From: Parcubacteria group bacterium
Lineage (GTDB): Bacteria; Patescibacteriota; Minisyncoccia; Phycocordibacterales; UBA2100
Direction: 5' to 3'
Assembly (NCBI GenBank): GCA_943358385.1
Contig: CALRGX010000002.1
Span: forward strand, 9,718 to 73,717
Length of the DNA stretch: 64,000 nucleotides
Below are positions 8,490 through 17,493 of this stretch, piece by piece. The notes beneath the pieces were generated by a model. The model ran no database searches, was not told where the DNA came from, and worked only from the letters and a program-made list of their open reading frames with translations. Each line of letters begins with the position of its first letter. The first letter of the stretch is position 1. The translations under genes were made by a program, and so were the position numbers.

Positions 8490-8658
8490 AACGGTCTCCT
8501 ATGAAAGTGTTTCCTGAAGTACTGTACAATAATAAAAATAATATTCAACATTGAGTGAGTAACTCGCCATTTCCATTCCCAGTAGACGTTGTGCTACTTT
8601 CTACAAAAGAAATTCATTCGGGTCGGGAGCGCCTTTTGACGAGCAAGAACAAAAAATA

Positions 8659-9048
8659 GTGCCGCGTGCTACGCTGTGCAGCATGCAACAAAAAATCGGG
8701 CACTGTGCCTGTGGTGCTGTGTCGTACCGTATCGAAGGGGAAGTCGGTGGCGTAGTGAGCTGCCACTGCAAAAGCTGCCAGAGACTCCATGGTAATTACA
8801 ATCCGATGGTCGTCGCAGAAAAGGACGCCGTAGCTATTACCGGCGATGTGACCTGGTATCAATCATCCGATGAAGCTGAGCGTGGATTTTGTGCACAGTG
8901 CGGATCGGCACTCTTTAAAAGGCAGAAGAAAGGCTCAAAGATTTTGGCCTCAGTGGGAAGTTTGGATGATGTCACTGGCCTCACAAATATAAAGAACGTG
9001 TTTGTCGAAGAGGCGGGTGCGTACTACCTCATGCCGCCAGGGGAGTAG
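8659..9048 (+). CDS. GFA (glutathione-dependent formaldehyde-activating / CENP-V-like) family protein
   Basis: Cys pattern GHCACGAV...VSCHCKSCQRLHG...FCAQCGSALF is typical of the GFA zinc-binding fold. The start may be the internal Met at 8683. Confidence 0.65.
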   Translation: MPRATLCSMQQKIGHCACGAVSYRIEGEVGGVVSCHCKSCQRLHGNYNPMVVAEKDAVAITGDVTWYQSSDEAERGFCAQCGSALFKRQKKGSKILASVGSLDDVTGLTNIKNVFVEEAGAYYLMPPGE

Positions 9049-9053
9049 CTGGT

Positions 9054-10337
9054 TTACCTACAGTTCGCCCACAAACCGCGCGCCGAAAGGCGCGCGGTTT
9101 CTTCAAGGCTTCTAAACGACGTTTGGAAATTGTATGCACGATTTTTATAGGTGTATTCGCGTGCAGCACCTTCCTTCACCAAAACTTCGTTCACGTGAGT
9201 CTTTCCAATGTACACATACGCCAAGAGCCGCCCGTAGGTATCGCGCGTATCTTGCGTCGGGTCAGTCATGAGCATGAGCGCAGAGCCGTTTGGCAGCACT
9301 GCGCGCAATGCTTCTGTTGCCTCAGGTGCGAAGCATTCTGGTTTTGTATCTTTCCCTGCGTTCGTTTCAGGTGCGTCGATACCAAGAAGTCGCACCTTTT
9401 CCTCGCCTCCATTCTCTAGACGCACGCGTATGGTGTCCCCGTCCGTTACCCCAAGAAGAACCGCCCCAGTGGGGCGGGCGTTTACTTCGTGCACGGGATC
9501 AAGAAGGAATGGCGAGTCGGTAGTTTTGAATGCGGTCCCGGTATCTGGCACTATCTCTGGCGCCGATGCTTCGAAAAAGGTCAGACCAAACATCATCACT
9601 ACGCCAATAATGACCGCAAGGAACTGTATGAGCGAATCCCGCACACGAGCATGCCTGTGCAGCTCGGGCACTAAATCCGCTGCGGCAATGTAAATGAAAG
9701 AACCAGCAGCAAGTGCCGAAAGTGCAGGAATCATTGCCTCGCTGTATGACCCAATAAGGAACACCAGCCCTGCACCCAGAAACGCCGAGAGGGCCGAGGC
9801 GACGTTTGCAATGAGGGCTCGCGTGCGCGAAAACCCTGCGTGCAAGAGCACACCAAAGTCACCTATTTCTTGGGGTAGTTCGTGAAGCGCCACTGCAATC
9901 GTGGTTGCCACACCAGCTTCTGTTGAAACGAGAAATGCTGCCGCGATAATGACGCCATCAACCACATTGTGCAGAATGTCGGCGAATATAATGAGAAAGC
10001 CAAACGGACGCACGTGGTCGTCGCAGTCATCGCAGGCATCTTCGGTCTCTTGGTGTGGCTCGTGGTGATGATGCCAGTGTAGGAACTTTTCCAAAATGAA
10101 GAAGATACCCATACCTAACAGAACCCACAGCGCCGTACTGTCGCCCAAGGTTTCGGATGCTTCCGGAATGAGATGAATGAATGCGTCACCCAACAGTGCT
10201 CCGACCGCAATGCCCACAAACACCAGCATGAGACCGTGCAGATTTTTTGAACGGGCTGGGTAGAACAGGGCGGCGAGCGCTGAAATTGCGCTGATACCGG
10301 CAATGGCCGCTAGAGTGAGTAATACCGGGGAGTCCAC
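9054..10337 (-). CDS. fusion protein: N-terminal ZIP-family (ZupT-like) divalent metal transporter and C-terminal staphylococcal (thermo)nuclease domain
   Basis: ZIP signatures HNVVDGV and HELPQEIGDFGVLL with His-rich loops HWHHHHEPH. C-terminal VTDGDTIRVRL...LLGIDAPET...YGRLLAYVY...VNEVLVKEGAA matches the SNase/TNase fold. Confidence 0.75.
   Translation of the reverse strand: MDSPVLLTLAAIAGISAISALAALFYPARSKNLHGLMLVFVGIAVGALLGDAFIHLIPEASETLGDSTALWVLLGMGIFFILEKFLHWHHHHEPHQETEDACDDCDDHVRPFGFLIIFADILHNVVDGVIIAAAFLVSTEAGVATTIAVALHELPQEIGDFGVLLHAGFSRTRALIANVASALSAFLGAGLVFLIGSYSEAMIPALSALAAGSFIYIAAADLVPELHRHARVRDSLIQFLAVIIGVVMMFGLTFFEASAPEIVPDTGTAFKTTDSPFLLDPVHEVNARPTGAVLLGVTDGDTIRVRLENGGEEKVRLLGIDAPETNAGKDTKPECFAPEATEALRAVLPNGSALMLMTDPTQDTRDTYGRLLAYVYIGKTHVNEVLVKEGAAREYTYKNRAYNFQTSFRSLEETARLSARGLWANCR
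9073..9104 (+). terminator. hairpin terminator for the plus-strand gene. It lies inside the 3' coding end of the convergent ZIP-SNase gene.
   Basis: aaaccgcgcgcc-gaaa-ggcgcgcggttt followed by cttc. Confidence 0.5.
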
Positions 10338-10451
10338 CCGTGCAGCATGCTACCTCTCTCTTCATTGTGCAAGGTGTAAGAGATGCATAATGGCGCCGTC
10401 TTATAGAATGCTAGACTACTAGTACTTATTTATTACACGTTTACATAGATT

Positions 10452-11270
10452 ATGGACACGCAAAAACAAGAGATTCACATTGTTCCGCCAACGATTATGG
10501 TAAAAGCAGCAGCAGCGGCACTCGTGGCACTTGCACTCTGGGGCGCGGCGGAGTTCTTAACCACGCTTAAAGAGTTCCGTTTTGTCGGCTCTGGGACTAC
10601 GGCGACCAACACCATCACCGTCTCAGGTGAAGGGGAAGTATTTGCGGTCCCTGACCTCGCCACATTCTCAGTGAGTGTGGAAGAGAAAGCGAAAGAGGTA
10701 AAAGATGCACAAAAAGTTGCCACTGAAAAGTCTAACGCTATCCTTGCTGCACTACGCGCAAAAGGTATTGCCGACAAAGACATCAAGACTACCGCATACA
10801 ATGTCTACCCCAACTACCAGTGGCTCCAAGAACCATGCACCTCGCGTGGCTACTGCCCACCAGGGGAGCAGAAGCTCGACGGCTACACTGTTTCGCAATC
10901 AATCGAGGTAAAGGTGCGTGACACTGACGCAGCAGGAGAAATTCTGGCGAGCGTCGGCTCTTTGGGTGCGAGCAACGTGAGCGGTCTTTCATTCACGATA
11001 GATGATGAAGACAAGCTGCAAGCTGATGCGCGCGCTGAGGCAATTGCTGATGCCGAGACCAAGGCAGAAGAATTGGCCGATCAACTAGGGGTAAAGATTG
11101 TCCGCATCGTTGGTTTCTCTGAAAACGGAGGAGGCTACACGCCGCCAATGTACTTGAAGCGCGAAGCCATGGCCATGGACTCAGCCGCTGCAAATGCTCC
11201 AGCGCCCGAGTTGCCTATGGGGGAAAACAAAATTGCTTCCAGTGTCTCGATTACGTACGAGATTCAGTAG
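10452..11270 (+). CDS. SIMPL/DUF541-family periplasmic protein (26-kDa periplasmic immunogenic protein family)
   Basis: N-terminal TM anchor and overall pattern (GYTVSQSIEVKVRD...ITYEI), recognised from family memory. Confidence 0.6.
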   Translation: MDTQKQEIHIVPPTIMVKAAAAALVALALWGAAEFLTTLKEFRFVGSGTTATNTITVSGEGEVFAVPDLATFSVSVEEKAKEVKDAQKVATEKSNAILAALRAKGIADKDIKTTAYNVYPNYQWLQEPCTSRGYCPPGEQKLDGYTVSQSIEVKVRDTDAAGEILASVGSLGASNVSGLSFTIDDEDKLQADARAEAIADAETKAEELADQLGVKIVRIVGFSENGGGYTPPMYLKREAMAMDSAAANAPAPELPMGENKIASSVSITYEIQ

Positions 11271-11290
11271 TGTTTCTTGACCTAACTGTG

Positions 11291-11321
11291 GAAAGCGGCT
11301 CAGACAGAGCCGCTTTCTGTT
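11291..11321 (+). terminator. terminator hairpin
   Basis: gaaagcggctc-agacag-agccgctttc followed by tgtt. Confidence 0.5.
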
Positions 11322-11344
11322 ATCATGTGCGCACCTGTGCATAT

Positions 11345-11638
11345 ATGGCTACACCACTCTCACTGGGAAAGACCCTACAGCCCGTGCTCCTTTTGAGTGA
11401 CGAAACGCGCGCATACCTGCTTATCTTGCTCGCGAAGCACAAGAAAGGTCTCTGTGTGCAAGATTTGGCGCTGAAAGTTGGCGTCAGCCACTCTGCTATG
11501 TGCCATCAGCTTGCCAAGCTCGAGCGGCTAAAGATAGTTGCGGGCACCCGTAAGGGGCAAAGTGTGATATACGCACTCACCAAAAATCCGACGGTAAAGC
11601 ACATGACGAGCATTCTCAAAGTAGTGCGCGCGCTATGA
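11345..11638 (+). CDS. ArsR/SmtB-family transcriptional regulator
   Basis: HTH LSDETRAYLLILLA...LCVQDLALKVGVSHSAMCHQLAKLERLKIV. The track ORF starting at 11270 runs through the upstream terminator, so the start is placed at the internal Met. Confidence 0.7.
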   Translation: MATPLSLGKTLQPVLLLSDETRAYLLILLAKHKKGLCVQDLALKVGVSHSAMCHQLAKLERLKIVAGTRKGQSVIYALTKNPTVKHMTSILKVVRAL

Positions 11639-12267
11639 AAGCACAACGCATCATCCAAAAGATGAAGACCTTTGCGCAAAAAATGCCGCGTGCGTATCAG
11701 GTAGCGGCATTCATAGTGGTGCTCGGTATAAGTGTGCTGGCGATGATGCCACACGCGGCGCCTCATCGTGCACAAGATATTAGCCGTGTCGCCTTGGTTA
11801 CTCGTACAGGGGAGACCGTGGAATTACATGCCGTGATTGGAGGGCGTCCTGCAGTCATCAATGCGTGGGCGTCATGGTGTCCATTTTGCACCCAAGAGCT
11901 GCCTGATTTGGTGGCACTCCAAAAAGAATTTGGAGACGCCGTGGTGGTCATTGGAGTAAATCGTAACGAAGATCAAAACGATGCAGAAGCATACCTGCGC
12001 TCGATTGGTGCCGAGGAGGGTCTGGTGTACCTGTATGACCCTTTTGATTTCTTGTATCAAACTATCGGTGGGTATGTGATGCCTGAGACGATATTTGTTT
12101 CCCCTGACGGACATGTGGTGACCCATGTTCGCGGGCCCTTGTCGCCAGAAGAGATGAGACGCCACACACAGCTTCTCATTCTGGGAAAGGAATTGCCGCC
12201 TATGAAAGAGGAACCATCTGGTCCGGGGGTTGTGGGCTGCCGCGATGGAGGGCAGTGCTTTTTTTGA
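11635..12267 (+). CDS. TlpA/ResA-like thiol-disulfide oxidoreductase (thioredoxin fold, membrane-anchored)
   Basis: WASWCPFC CxxC motif and N-terminal TM anchor. The ATGA overlap with the ArsR gene suggests an operon. Confidence 0.75.
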   Translation: MKAQRIIQKMKTFAQKMPRAYQVAAFIVVLGISVLAMMPHAAPHRAQDISRVALVTRTGETVELHAVIGGRPAVINAWASWCPFCTQELPDLVALQKEFGDAVVVIGVNRNEDQNDAEAYLRSIGAEEGLVYLYDPFDFLYQTIGGYVMPETIFVSPDGHVVTHVRGPLSPEEMRRHTQLLILGKELPPMKEEPSGPGVVGCRDGGQCFF

Positions 12268-12342
12268 AGGTGAGTTCCCGTAAAGAGAGGCTTCTATGGC
12301 TACTTGACGCATCTGGATTACTGGAGTACTCTTTGCCCTACG

Positions 12343-12366
12343 ACGCCCGCAAGGGCGTTTTTTAAG
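12343..12366 (+). terminator. terminator hairpin
   Basis: acgccc-gcaa-gggcgt followed by tttttt. Confidence 0.55.
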
Positions 12367-12393
12367 AGGAAAACCGAACGAAACTCGAACACT

Positions 12394-12732
12394 ATGGGAC
12401 TCATGCAATATTTCAAGGATACTCAGGCAGAAATGCGCCACGTTGCATGGCCAACGCAGACGCAGACCATCGTCTATACCGCGCTCGTGGTCTTGGTCTC
12501 TGTCATTGTGTCTTTGTACGTCGGTTTCTTCGACTTCCTCCTCACTCGTGGGCTCGAGACATTGGTAGAACAGCGCCCAGTCACACCGGCTCCGGCACTT
12601 GAAATCTCAACGACGACAAATCCAACGTCAACCATGCCTGCACTCGACTTCGATATTGGTGTAGAAGGTGCCGGCGGAACGGTCGTTCCGATTGACGTGC
12701 AAGCAACACCTGATGCGCCTGTTACAGAATAA
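12394..12732 (+). CDS. secE: preprotein translocase subunit SecE with a Pro/Thr-rich C-terminal extension of about 50 aa
   Basis: MGLMQYFKDTQAEMRHVAWPTQTQTIVYTALVVLVSVIVSLYVGFFDFLL matches the SecE core. Followed by nusG as in the canonical cluster. Confidence 0.75.
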   Translation: MGLMQYFKDTQAEMRHVAWPTQTQTIVYTALVVLVSVIVSLYVGFFDFLLTRGLETLVEQRPVTPAPALEISTTTNPTSTMPALDFDIGVEGAGGTVVPIDVQATPDAPVTE

Positions 12733-12761
12733 TATTTACTAGCAGCTCATTATTTTTTCGT

Positions 12762-13307
12762 ATGGCAAAACAAATTCACTCAGCAGAGCGCGGTTGGTAT
12801 GCAGTGCATACCTACTCAGGGTACGAAGATGCGGTCGCCCGCAACCTAAAGCAGCGTGTCGAGTCTCTCGGCATGAAAGAGAACATCTTTGATGTGGTGG
12901 TTCCCGCTGAAAAGAAAGTGCGTATCAAAGGTGGACGCAAAACAGAAGTGCGTGAAAAGATTCTTTCCGGATATGTGTTGGTAGACATGATCCCAACCGA
13001 TGACGCCTGGTCTGTGGTGCGCAATACGCCGCAGGTGACGGGTTTTGTAGGTACTGCAAATCAAGCGGTGCCGCTCACCAAGGAGGAGGTTGCAGGTATT
13101 TTCTCTCGCATGAGCGATGATCATGTGAAGCACACTATCGACCTTGCGGTTGATGATGCGGTTTTGATTATCGATGGTCCGTTCAAGGATTTGGAAGGTA
13201 AAGTGGGGGAGATTGACGAAGAGCGAGGAAAGGTTAAGGTGATGGTCCCCATGTTCGGCCGAGAGACCCCGGTAGAGCTTGAGGCAGATCAAGTACAACG
13301 AATCTAA
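12762..13307 (+). CDS. nusG: transcription termination/antitermination factor NusG
   Basis: WYAVHTYSGYEDAVARNL... NGN domain and C-terminal KOW (GKVGEIDEERGKVKVMVPMFGRETPVEL). Confidence 0.9.
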   Translation: MAKQIHSAERGWYAVHTYSGYEDAVARNLKQRVESLGMKENIFDVVVPAEKKVRIKGGRKTEVREKILSGYVLVDMIPTDDAWSVVRNTPQVTGFVGTANQAVPLTKEEVAGIFSRMSDDHVKHTIDLAVDDAVLIIDGPFKDLEGKVGEIDEERGKVKVMVPMFGRETPVELEADQVQRI

Positions 13308-13316
13308 TATACATTT

Positions 13317-13745
13317 ATGGCAAAAAAAGAAATAACAAAGATGATTAAGCTCCAGATCGAAGGAGGAAAGGCGAACCCAGCGCCACCTATCGGTACAGCG
13401 CTTGGTCCTGCAGGTGTAAACATCGCGCAGTTCTGCAAAGAATTTAACGACCAGACTCGCGATAAGGCTGGCACCATTATTCCGGTACTCATGACGGTGT
13501 ACAACGATCGTAGCTACACCTTCATCATGAAGAAGCCGCCAGCATCAAGACTCCTCTTGAAGGCACTCGGCAAGCCAAAAGGATCAGGAAAAGCTCCTGC
13601 TGAAAAAGTGGGCAAAATAACCAAGAAACAGCTCGAAGAGATCGTGAAGGAAAAGATGGAAGATTTGAACGCGGGCTCTCTTGAGGCAGGTATGCGCATC
13701 TTCGCAGGCACCGCTCGCTCGATGGGCATAGACATTGCAGACTAA
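13317..13745 (+). CDS. rplK: 50S ribosomal protein L11
   Basis: [36 protein letters not shown]... is the classic L11 N-terminus. Confidence 0.95.
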   Translation: MAKKEITKMIKLQIEGGKANPAPPIGTALGPAGVNIAQFCKEFNDQTRDKAGTIIPVLMTVYNDRSYTFIMKKPPASRLLLKALGKPKGSGKAPAEKVGKITKKQLEEIVKEKMEDLNAGSLEAGMRIFAGTARSMGIDIAD

Positions 13746-13902
13746 CATCGCCCCGCACGCGCTCAATCTGCCGCGCGTTCTCGGGAAATGATGTGTCGGC
13801 ATAGTCAAAAAGTTGAATCAAAACAACAAGACCTCGCGGCTCGCGGGGTCTTGTTGTTTGTGGCATGCTGGAGTTTGGCTTTCTTTGGCAAGGAGATGCA
13901 CC

Positions 13903-14736
13903 GTGAAGCAGTACCTCGACCTGCTCCGACACATCCGTGAAAAAGGCGTGCAAAAAGGAGACAGAACCGGCGTCGGCACCATCAGCGTGTTTGGCTACCA
14001 GATGCGTTTCGATTTGGCCGCAGGGTTTCCGATACTCACCACCAAGCGCGTGTTTTTGAAAGGTATCATTCACGAACTCCTGTGGTTCCTGAAAGGAGAC
14101 ACTAACATCGGGTACCTCAAAGCGAATGGTGTTTCGATTTGGGACGAGTGGGCCACCGCAGAAGGTGACCTTGGTCCCGTGTACGGCAAACAGTGGCGCG
14201 CGTGGGCAACCTCTGATGGTCGCACCGTGGATCAGATCGCTGAGGTGATTGCACACATTAAGGCAAAGCCGAATTCGCGCAGGCTCATCGTTACGGCGTG
14301 GAATCCGGCAGATATGCCAAACGAGGCACTCGCACCTGAAGTGAATGCGGCACAAGGGAAGATGGCGCTCGCCACCTGCCACTGCCTCTTTCAGTTCCAC
14401 GTGGCTCATGGAAAACTCAGCTGCCAGCTCTACCAGCGCTCGGCAGACGTATTCCTGGGTGTCCCGTTCAATATAGCCAGCTACGCACTCCTCACGATGA
14501 TGATTGCACAGGTGTGCGATTTGGAACTGGGCGAGTTCATTTGGACTGGTGGGGATACGCACCTGTATCTGAATCATCTCGATCAGGTCGACCTGCAGCT
14601 GTCACGTGAACCGCTTGCGCTGCCACAGATGCGCGTCAATCCCACCGTGAAAGACATTGATGCTTTTCGCTTCGACGACTTCACCTTGGAGAAATACGAC
14701 CCGCATCCGGCGATTAAGGCGCAGATTGCGAAGTGA
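13903..14736 (+). CDS. thyA: thymidylate synthase ThyA (canonical, folate-dependent)
   Basis: GTG start after an AAGGAG RBS. Catalytic region [51 protein letters not shown] is near-identical to the E. coli ThyA active site. Confidence 0.9.
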   Translation: MKQYLDLLRHIREKGVQKGDRTGVGTISVFGYQMRFDLAAGFPILTTKRVFLKGIIHELLWFLKGDTNIGYLKANGVSIWDEWATAEGDLGPVYGKQWRAWATSDGRTVDQIAEVIAHIKAKPNSRRLIVTAWNPADMPNEALAPEVNAAQGKMALATCHCLFQFHVAHGKLSCQLYQRSADVFLGVPFNIASYALLTMMIAQVCDLELGEFIWTGGDTHLYLNHLDQVDLQLSREPLALPQMRVNPTVKDIDAFRFDDFTLEKYDPHPAIKAQIAK

Positions 14737-14739
14737 AAC

Positions 14740-14777
14740 ATGCAGGCAAGTCGAAGACTTGCCTGCATCCTGTTTTT
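14740..14777 (+). terminator. strong rho-independent terminator after thyA
   Basis: atgcaggcaagtc-gaa-gacttgcctgcat followed by cctgttttt. Confidence 0.75.
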
Positions 14778-14793
14778 AGGAAAAAATTTTCAT

Positions 14794-15747
14794 ATGGAAC
14801 TACCAGCGTACCTAAAAACACTGTACCGACACTGGCCTCATCATCAGGATACTTCTGCTGCAATGCTGCGCGCGGAGAACGTTTGCGCAGATGAGGTCCT
14901 GTGGCGCAACATGGAATACTTCATTGAGGAGCGCATGCGCGTATGGGAGAAGAAAACGTTGGGTGGCGAACCCCCATACACGGAGGATCCCATCCTAGCG
15001 ATGTATCGCTTCTGCAACATCTTTCGAGAATTTGATCGACAAACCATTGAATTTCATACGATACTGAATCCACTGCGTGACGATTTCCCACTGTGGCTTT
15101 TGAATATGTTTTACCTGCGCATGGTTGCGCGCACAGAGACTGCGCGTGGTGTGGGTCTACTGTCTTTTAGTGAAAGCGATAACAAACATTTTTACGAGCG
15201 GCTGATGGCCTCGGCGAGACCGCGTTACGGTACGCCGTATGTATTCCCCGTGAGCGTCATACTCAAAAGCCGCACACCAACGCGCGAAAAGTTTATTGCA
15301 CACTATCTACCGTCAGTCATGAACAGTATTGCTCAAGAAGTGGCAACATGGGACCGTCTATCGGTGTACGAAGGTGTGCACCGCATACTTCCGCTTTTCG
15401 GTTTCAATCTGAAATTTCTGTGGACTGAAGTGTTGATCGATGTGGCGTATCAATATCCAGCACGCGTCGACCTCTTCGGTCGCTTTCCTGTGGGGCCAGG
15501 TTCGTTGCCGACTATGAAGCGCGTTGACTCGCACATGGATCCAACCTGTCTCGTTGCCATGCTGGCGCAAGTACCATTCCAGACAGGGCTAACATACGAA
15601 CGCACGCCCTTGCTTCTATCTGCTGAAAACTGGGAAGGCATTGGGTGCGAGTTCAGAAAATACACCAATCTATCGCAAGGAAAAGGAAGGAAAAGAAAAT
15701 TCATGCGAGAAGCGGCCGGACCTTTTGGTCCGGCCGCACGGTGTTAG
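14794..15747 (+). CDS. uncharacterised 318-aa protein inside the thymidylate gene island
   Basis: ORF starting after the thyA terminator (MELPAYLKTLYRHWPHH...YRFCNIFREFDRQTIEFHT...). Its stop overlaps the stop of convergent folA by 4 nt. No P-loop, HAD, PRT or ThyX motifs recognised. Confidence 0.55.
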   Translation: MELPAYLKTLYRHWPHHQDTSAAMLRAENVCADEVLWRNMEYFIEERMRVWEKKTLGGEPPYTEDPILAMYRFCNIFREFDRQTIEFHTILNPLRDDFPLWLLNMFYLRMVARTETARGVGLLSFSESDNKHFYERLMASARPRYGTPYVFPVSVILKSRTPTREKFIAHYLPSVMNSIAQEVATWDRLSVYEGVHRILPLFGFNLKFLWTEVLIDVAYQYPARVDLFGRFPVGPGSLPTMKRVDSHMDPTCLVAMLAQVPFQTGLTYERTPLLLSAENWEGIGCEFRKYTNLSQGKGRKRKFMREAAGPFGPAARC

Positions 15748-16239
15748 AGAACATTTCGTTGCCACACTTCAAATTGTGCCGGGTGTGTATCACCGGCGCA
15801 TTGCATAATCTGAGCGCGGTGCTCGCGGTGCCATTCTTCCATGGTGATGGTTGGAAAGTAGGTATCACCCTGTGTTTCAGCAAACACTCGCGTCACGTAG
15901 AGACGTTCGATAGATTGGTGAGCTAGGAACCACCGATAGATTGTTTCTCCTCCGGCGATGATCAGTTCGGTATCTCGCCTCGGCACGCGCAGTGCATCCT
16001 CAGGAGATTGCACAAACGTGACGTCAGCGAGCTGTGCCCTCGCAGTTTTGCTCACCACGATGATGTGCCTACCCACCAAAGGGTGAGGAAGCGATTCGTA
16101 CGTGCGTCTGCCCATAACGAGGGATTTTCCCATGGTGTATTGCCTGAAGCGTTTCAAATCGCTTGGAATGCGCCACGGTAAGGCATTTTTGCTTCCAATG
16201 ACGCGAGAATCGGTCATGGCAACGATAATGCTGAGCATG
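15744..16239 (-). CDS. folA: dihydrofolate reductase
   Basis: AGGAGG RBS. MLSIIVAMTDSRVIGSKNALPWRIPSDLKRFRQYTMGKSLVMGRRTYESL is the DHFR signature. Confidence 0.85.
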
Positions 16240-16292
16240 TGTTTCCTCCTGTTTCTGGGGCCACTGTACGCATCTTGATACAGGAGGGCAAG

Positions 16293-16332
16293 CCCACACA
16301 CCTTAGGCCGCATAGCGGCTAAGGTGTGTGGG
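16293..16332. promoter_or_regulatory. 40-bp near-perfect palindrome in the folA / dCMP-deaminase divergent intergenic region; candidate operator
   Basis: cccacacacctta-ggccgcatagcggc-taaggtgtgtggg: the 13-bp arms are exact reverse complements and the centre is a nested palindrome. Confidence 0.4.
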
Positions 16333-16415
16333 TAAATACAATCTTTTTGACCTTGTTTGAAGGGATGTACCTCGTGCATGCTATTGAGAGCCGTTCCTTA
16401 CCAAGGAGTAATCAC

Positions 16416-17021
16416 ATGTCCAAAAGCAGCAAGCCACTCTCATGGGTCAAAGGTACCGATGCGTCGGTACTTAAACGCATGTTTCCCGACAAGCTTAAAA
16501 AGAACTTTGCTCGGCCAACCATGCTCGACGTCATAGCACAGCAAGCAATAGTTGTATCCAAACGCTCAACATGCCTCTGGTATGAGGTGGGTGCAATTAT
16601 TTTCCACGGCGATATCATTTTGTCGTTGGGCTACAACGGTGCCGCGCGCGGCGATGTTGATCCGCGCCACGCAGGGTGTGCCCGAGTGGTTGGTGGCAAA
16701 TTGCAAGAAGGGCAGGGGCTCTGTCGTGGTTCTCACGCGGAACTCAATGCTATCGGCAACCTTTCAGCAGGAACACAGGGTCTGCAGAATCTGCACATGA
16801 TGGTGACGTTGCATCCGTGCAATACGTGTGCAAAACAGATAGTGAACAAAGGCATCACCTTTGTGCACTACCTGTGGGAGTACGGGCGTGAAGAACATGC
16901 AACCGACTACCTGCGCCGTCTCGGCGTGCGTGTAGAAAAGTATGGGAGCCCGTTCCTCGACGCATGGATTGATCTGAACGACTACCATCCCATCGGCGAC
17001 CGACAATCGCGGCACAGCTAA
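16416..17021 (+). CDS. deoxycytidylate (dCMP) deaminase
   Basis: AAGGAG RBS. Zinc-binding HAELNAI and PCNTC motifs of the cytidine/dCMP deaminase fold. Confidence 0.85.
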   Translation: MSKSSKPLSWVKGTDASVLKRMFPDKLKKNFARPTMLDVIAQQAIVVSKRSTCLWYEVGAIIFHGDIILSLGYNGAARGDVDPRHAGCARVVGGKLQEGQGLCRGSHAELNAIGNLSAGTQGLQNLHMMVTLHPCNTCAKQIVNKGITFVHYLWEYGREEHATDYLRRLGVRVEKYGSPFLDAWIDLNDYHPIGDRQSRHS

Positions 17022-17033
17022 AGGAGAGTTGCG

Positions 17034-17456
17034 GTGGAAATAAAAGTCGTAAAATTAGTGCCCGAGGCGACTTTGCCATCGCGCGCACACCCCACTGATG
17101 CAGGGCTCGACCTTTTTTCAGTGGTGGCACATAGTGTGCCACCGCAAGGCAGAGTTCTCATTGGTACCGGTATCGCCGTTGCCCTCCCCAGAGGATATGT
17201 GGGGTTGGTGTGGGGCCGCAGTGGCCTTGCCCACAAGCACGGCATTGCGGTGCTGGCTGGAGTCATGGATGCGTCATACCGAGGCGAGTGGAAGGTTGTC
17301 CTTCTGAATACCGGACATATGCCATTTCCTATCGCACCGGGCGACAGGATTGCCCAGGTACTCATTCAGCGGGTGGAGCTTTGCTCTGTTGGTGAAGTGC
17401 TTTCTCTGCCCTCAGGTGAGCGTGCGGGAGGGGGGTTTGGCAGCACTGGGCTCTAA
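17034..17456 (+). CDS. dut: dUTP diphosphatase (dUTPase)
   Basis: GTG start after GGAGAG. Motifs AGLDLFS, GRSGLAHKHGI, GDRIAQ and the C-terminal GGFGSTG. Confidence 0.9.
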   Translation: MEIKVVKLVPEATLPSRAHPTDAGLDLFSVVAHSVPPQGRVLIGTGIAVALPRGYVGLVWGRSGLAHKHGIAVLAGVMDASYRGEWKVVLLNTGHMPFPIAPGDRIAQVLIQRVELCSVGEVLSLPSGERAGGGFGSTGL

Positions 17457-17493
17457 GTGTTGATACCCCGCGCACACAGTGCGCGGGGTATTC

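Noticed and set aside
14794-15747. The unknown 318-aa protein next to thyA, considered as part of a phage-like thymidine hypermodification system (ThyA-like hydroxymethylase plus kinase plus aGPT-Pplase)
   Set aside because: The adjacent ThyA is near-identical to canonical thymidylate synthase at the active site. There is no P-loop DNA kinase, and I cannot match the ORF to aGPT-Pplase from sequence alone. It is kept as an unknown.
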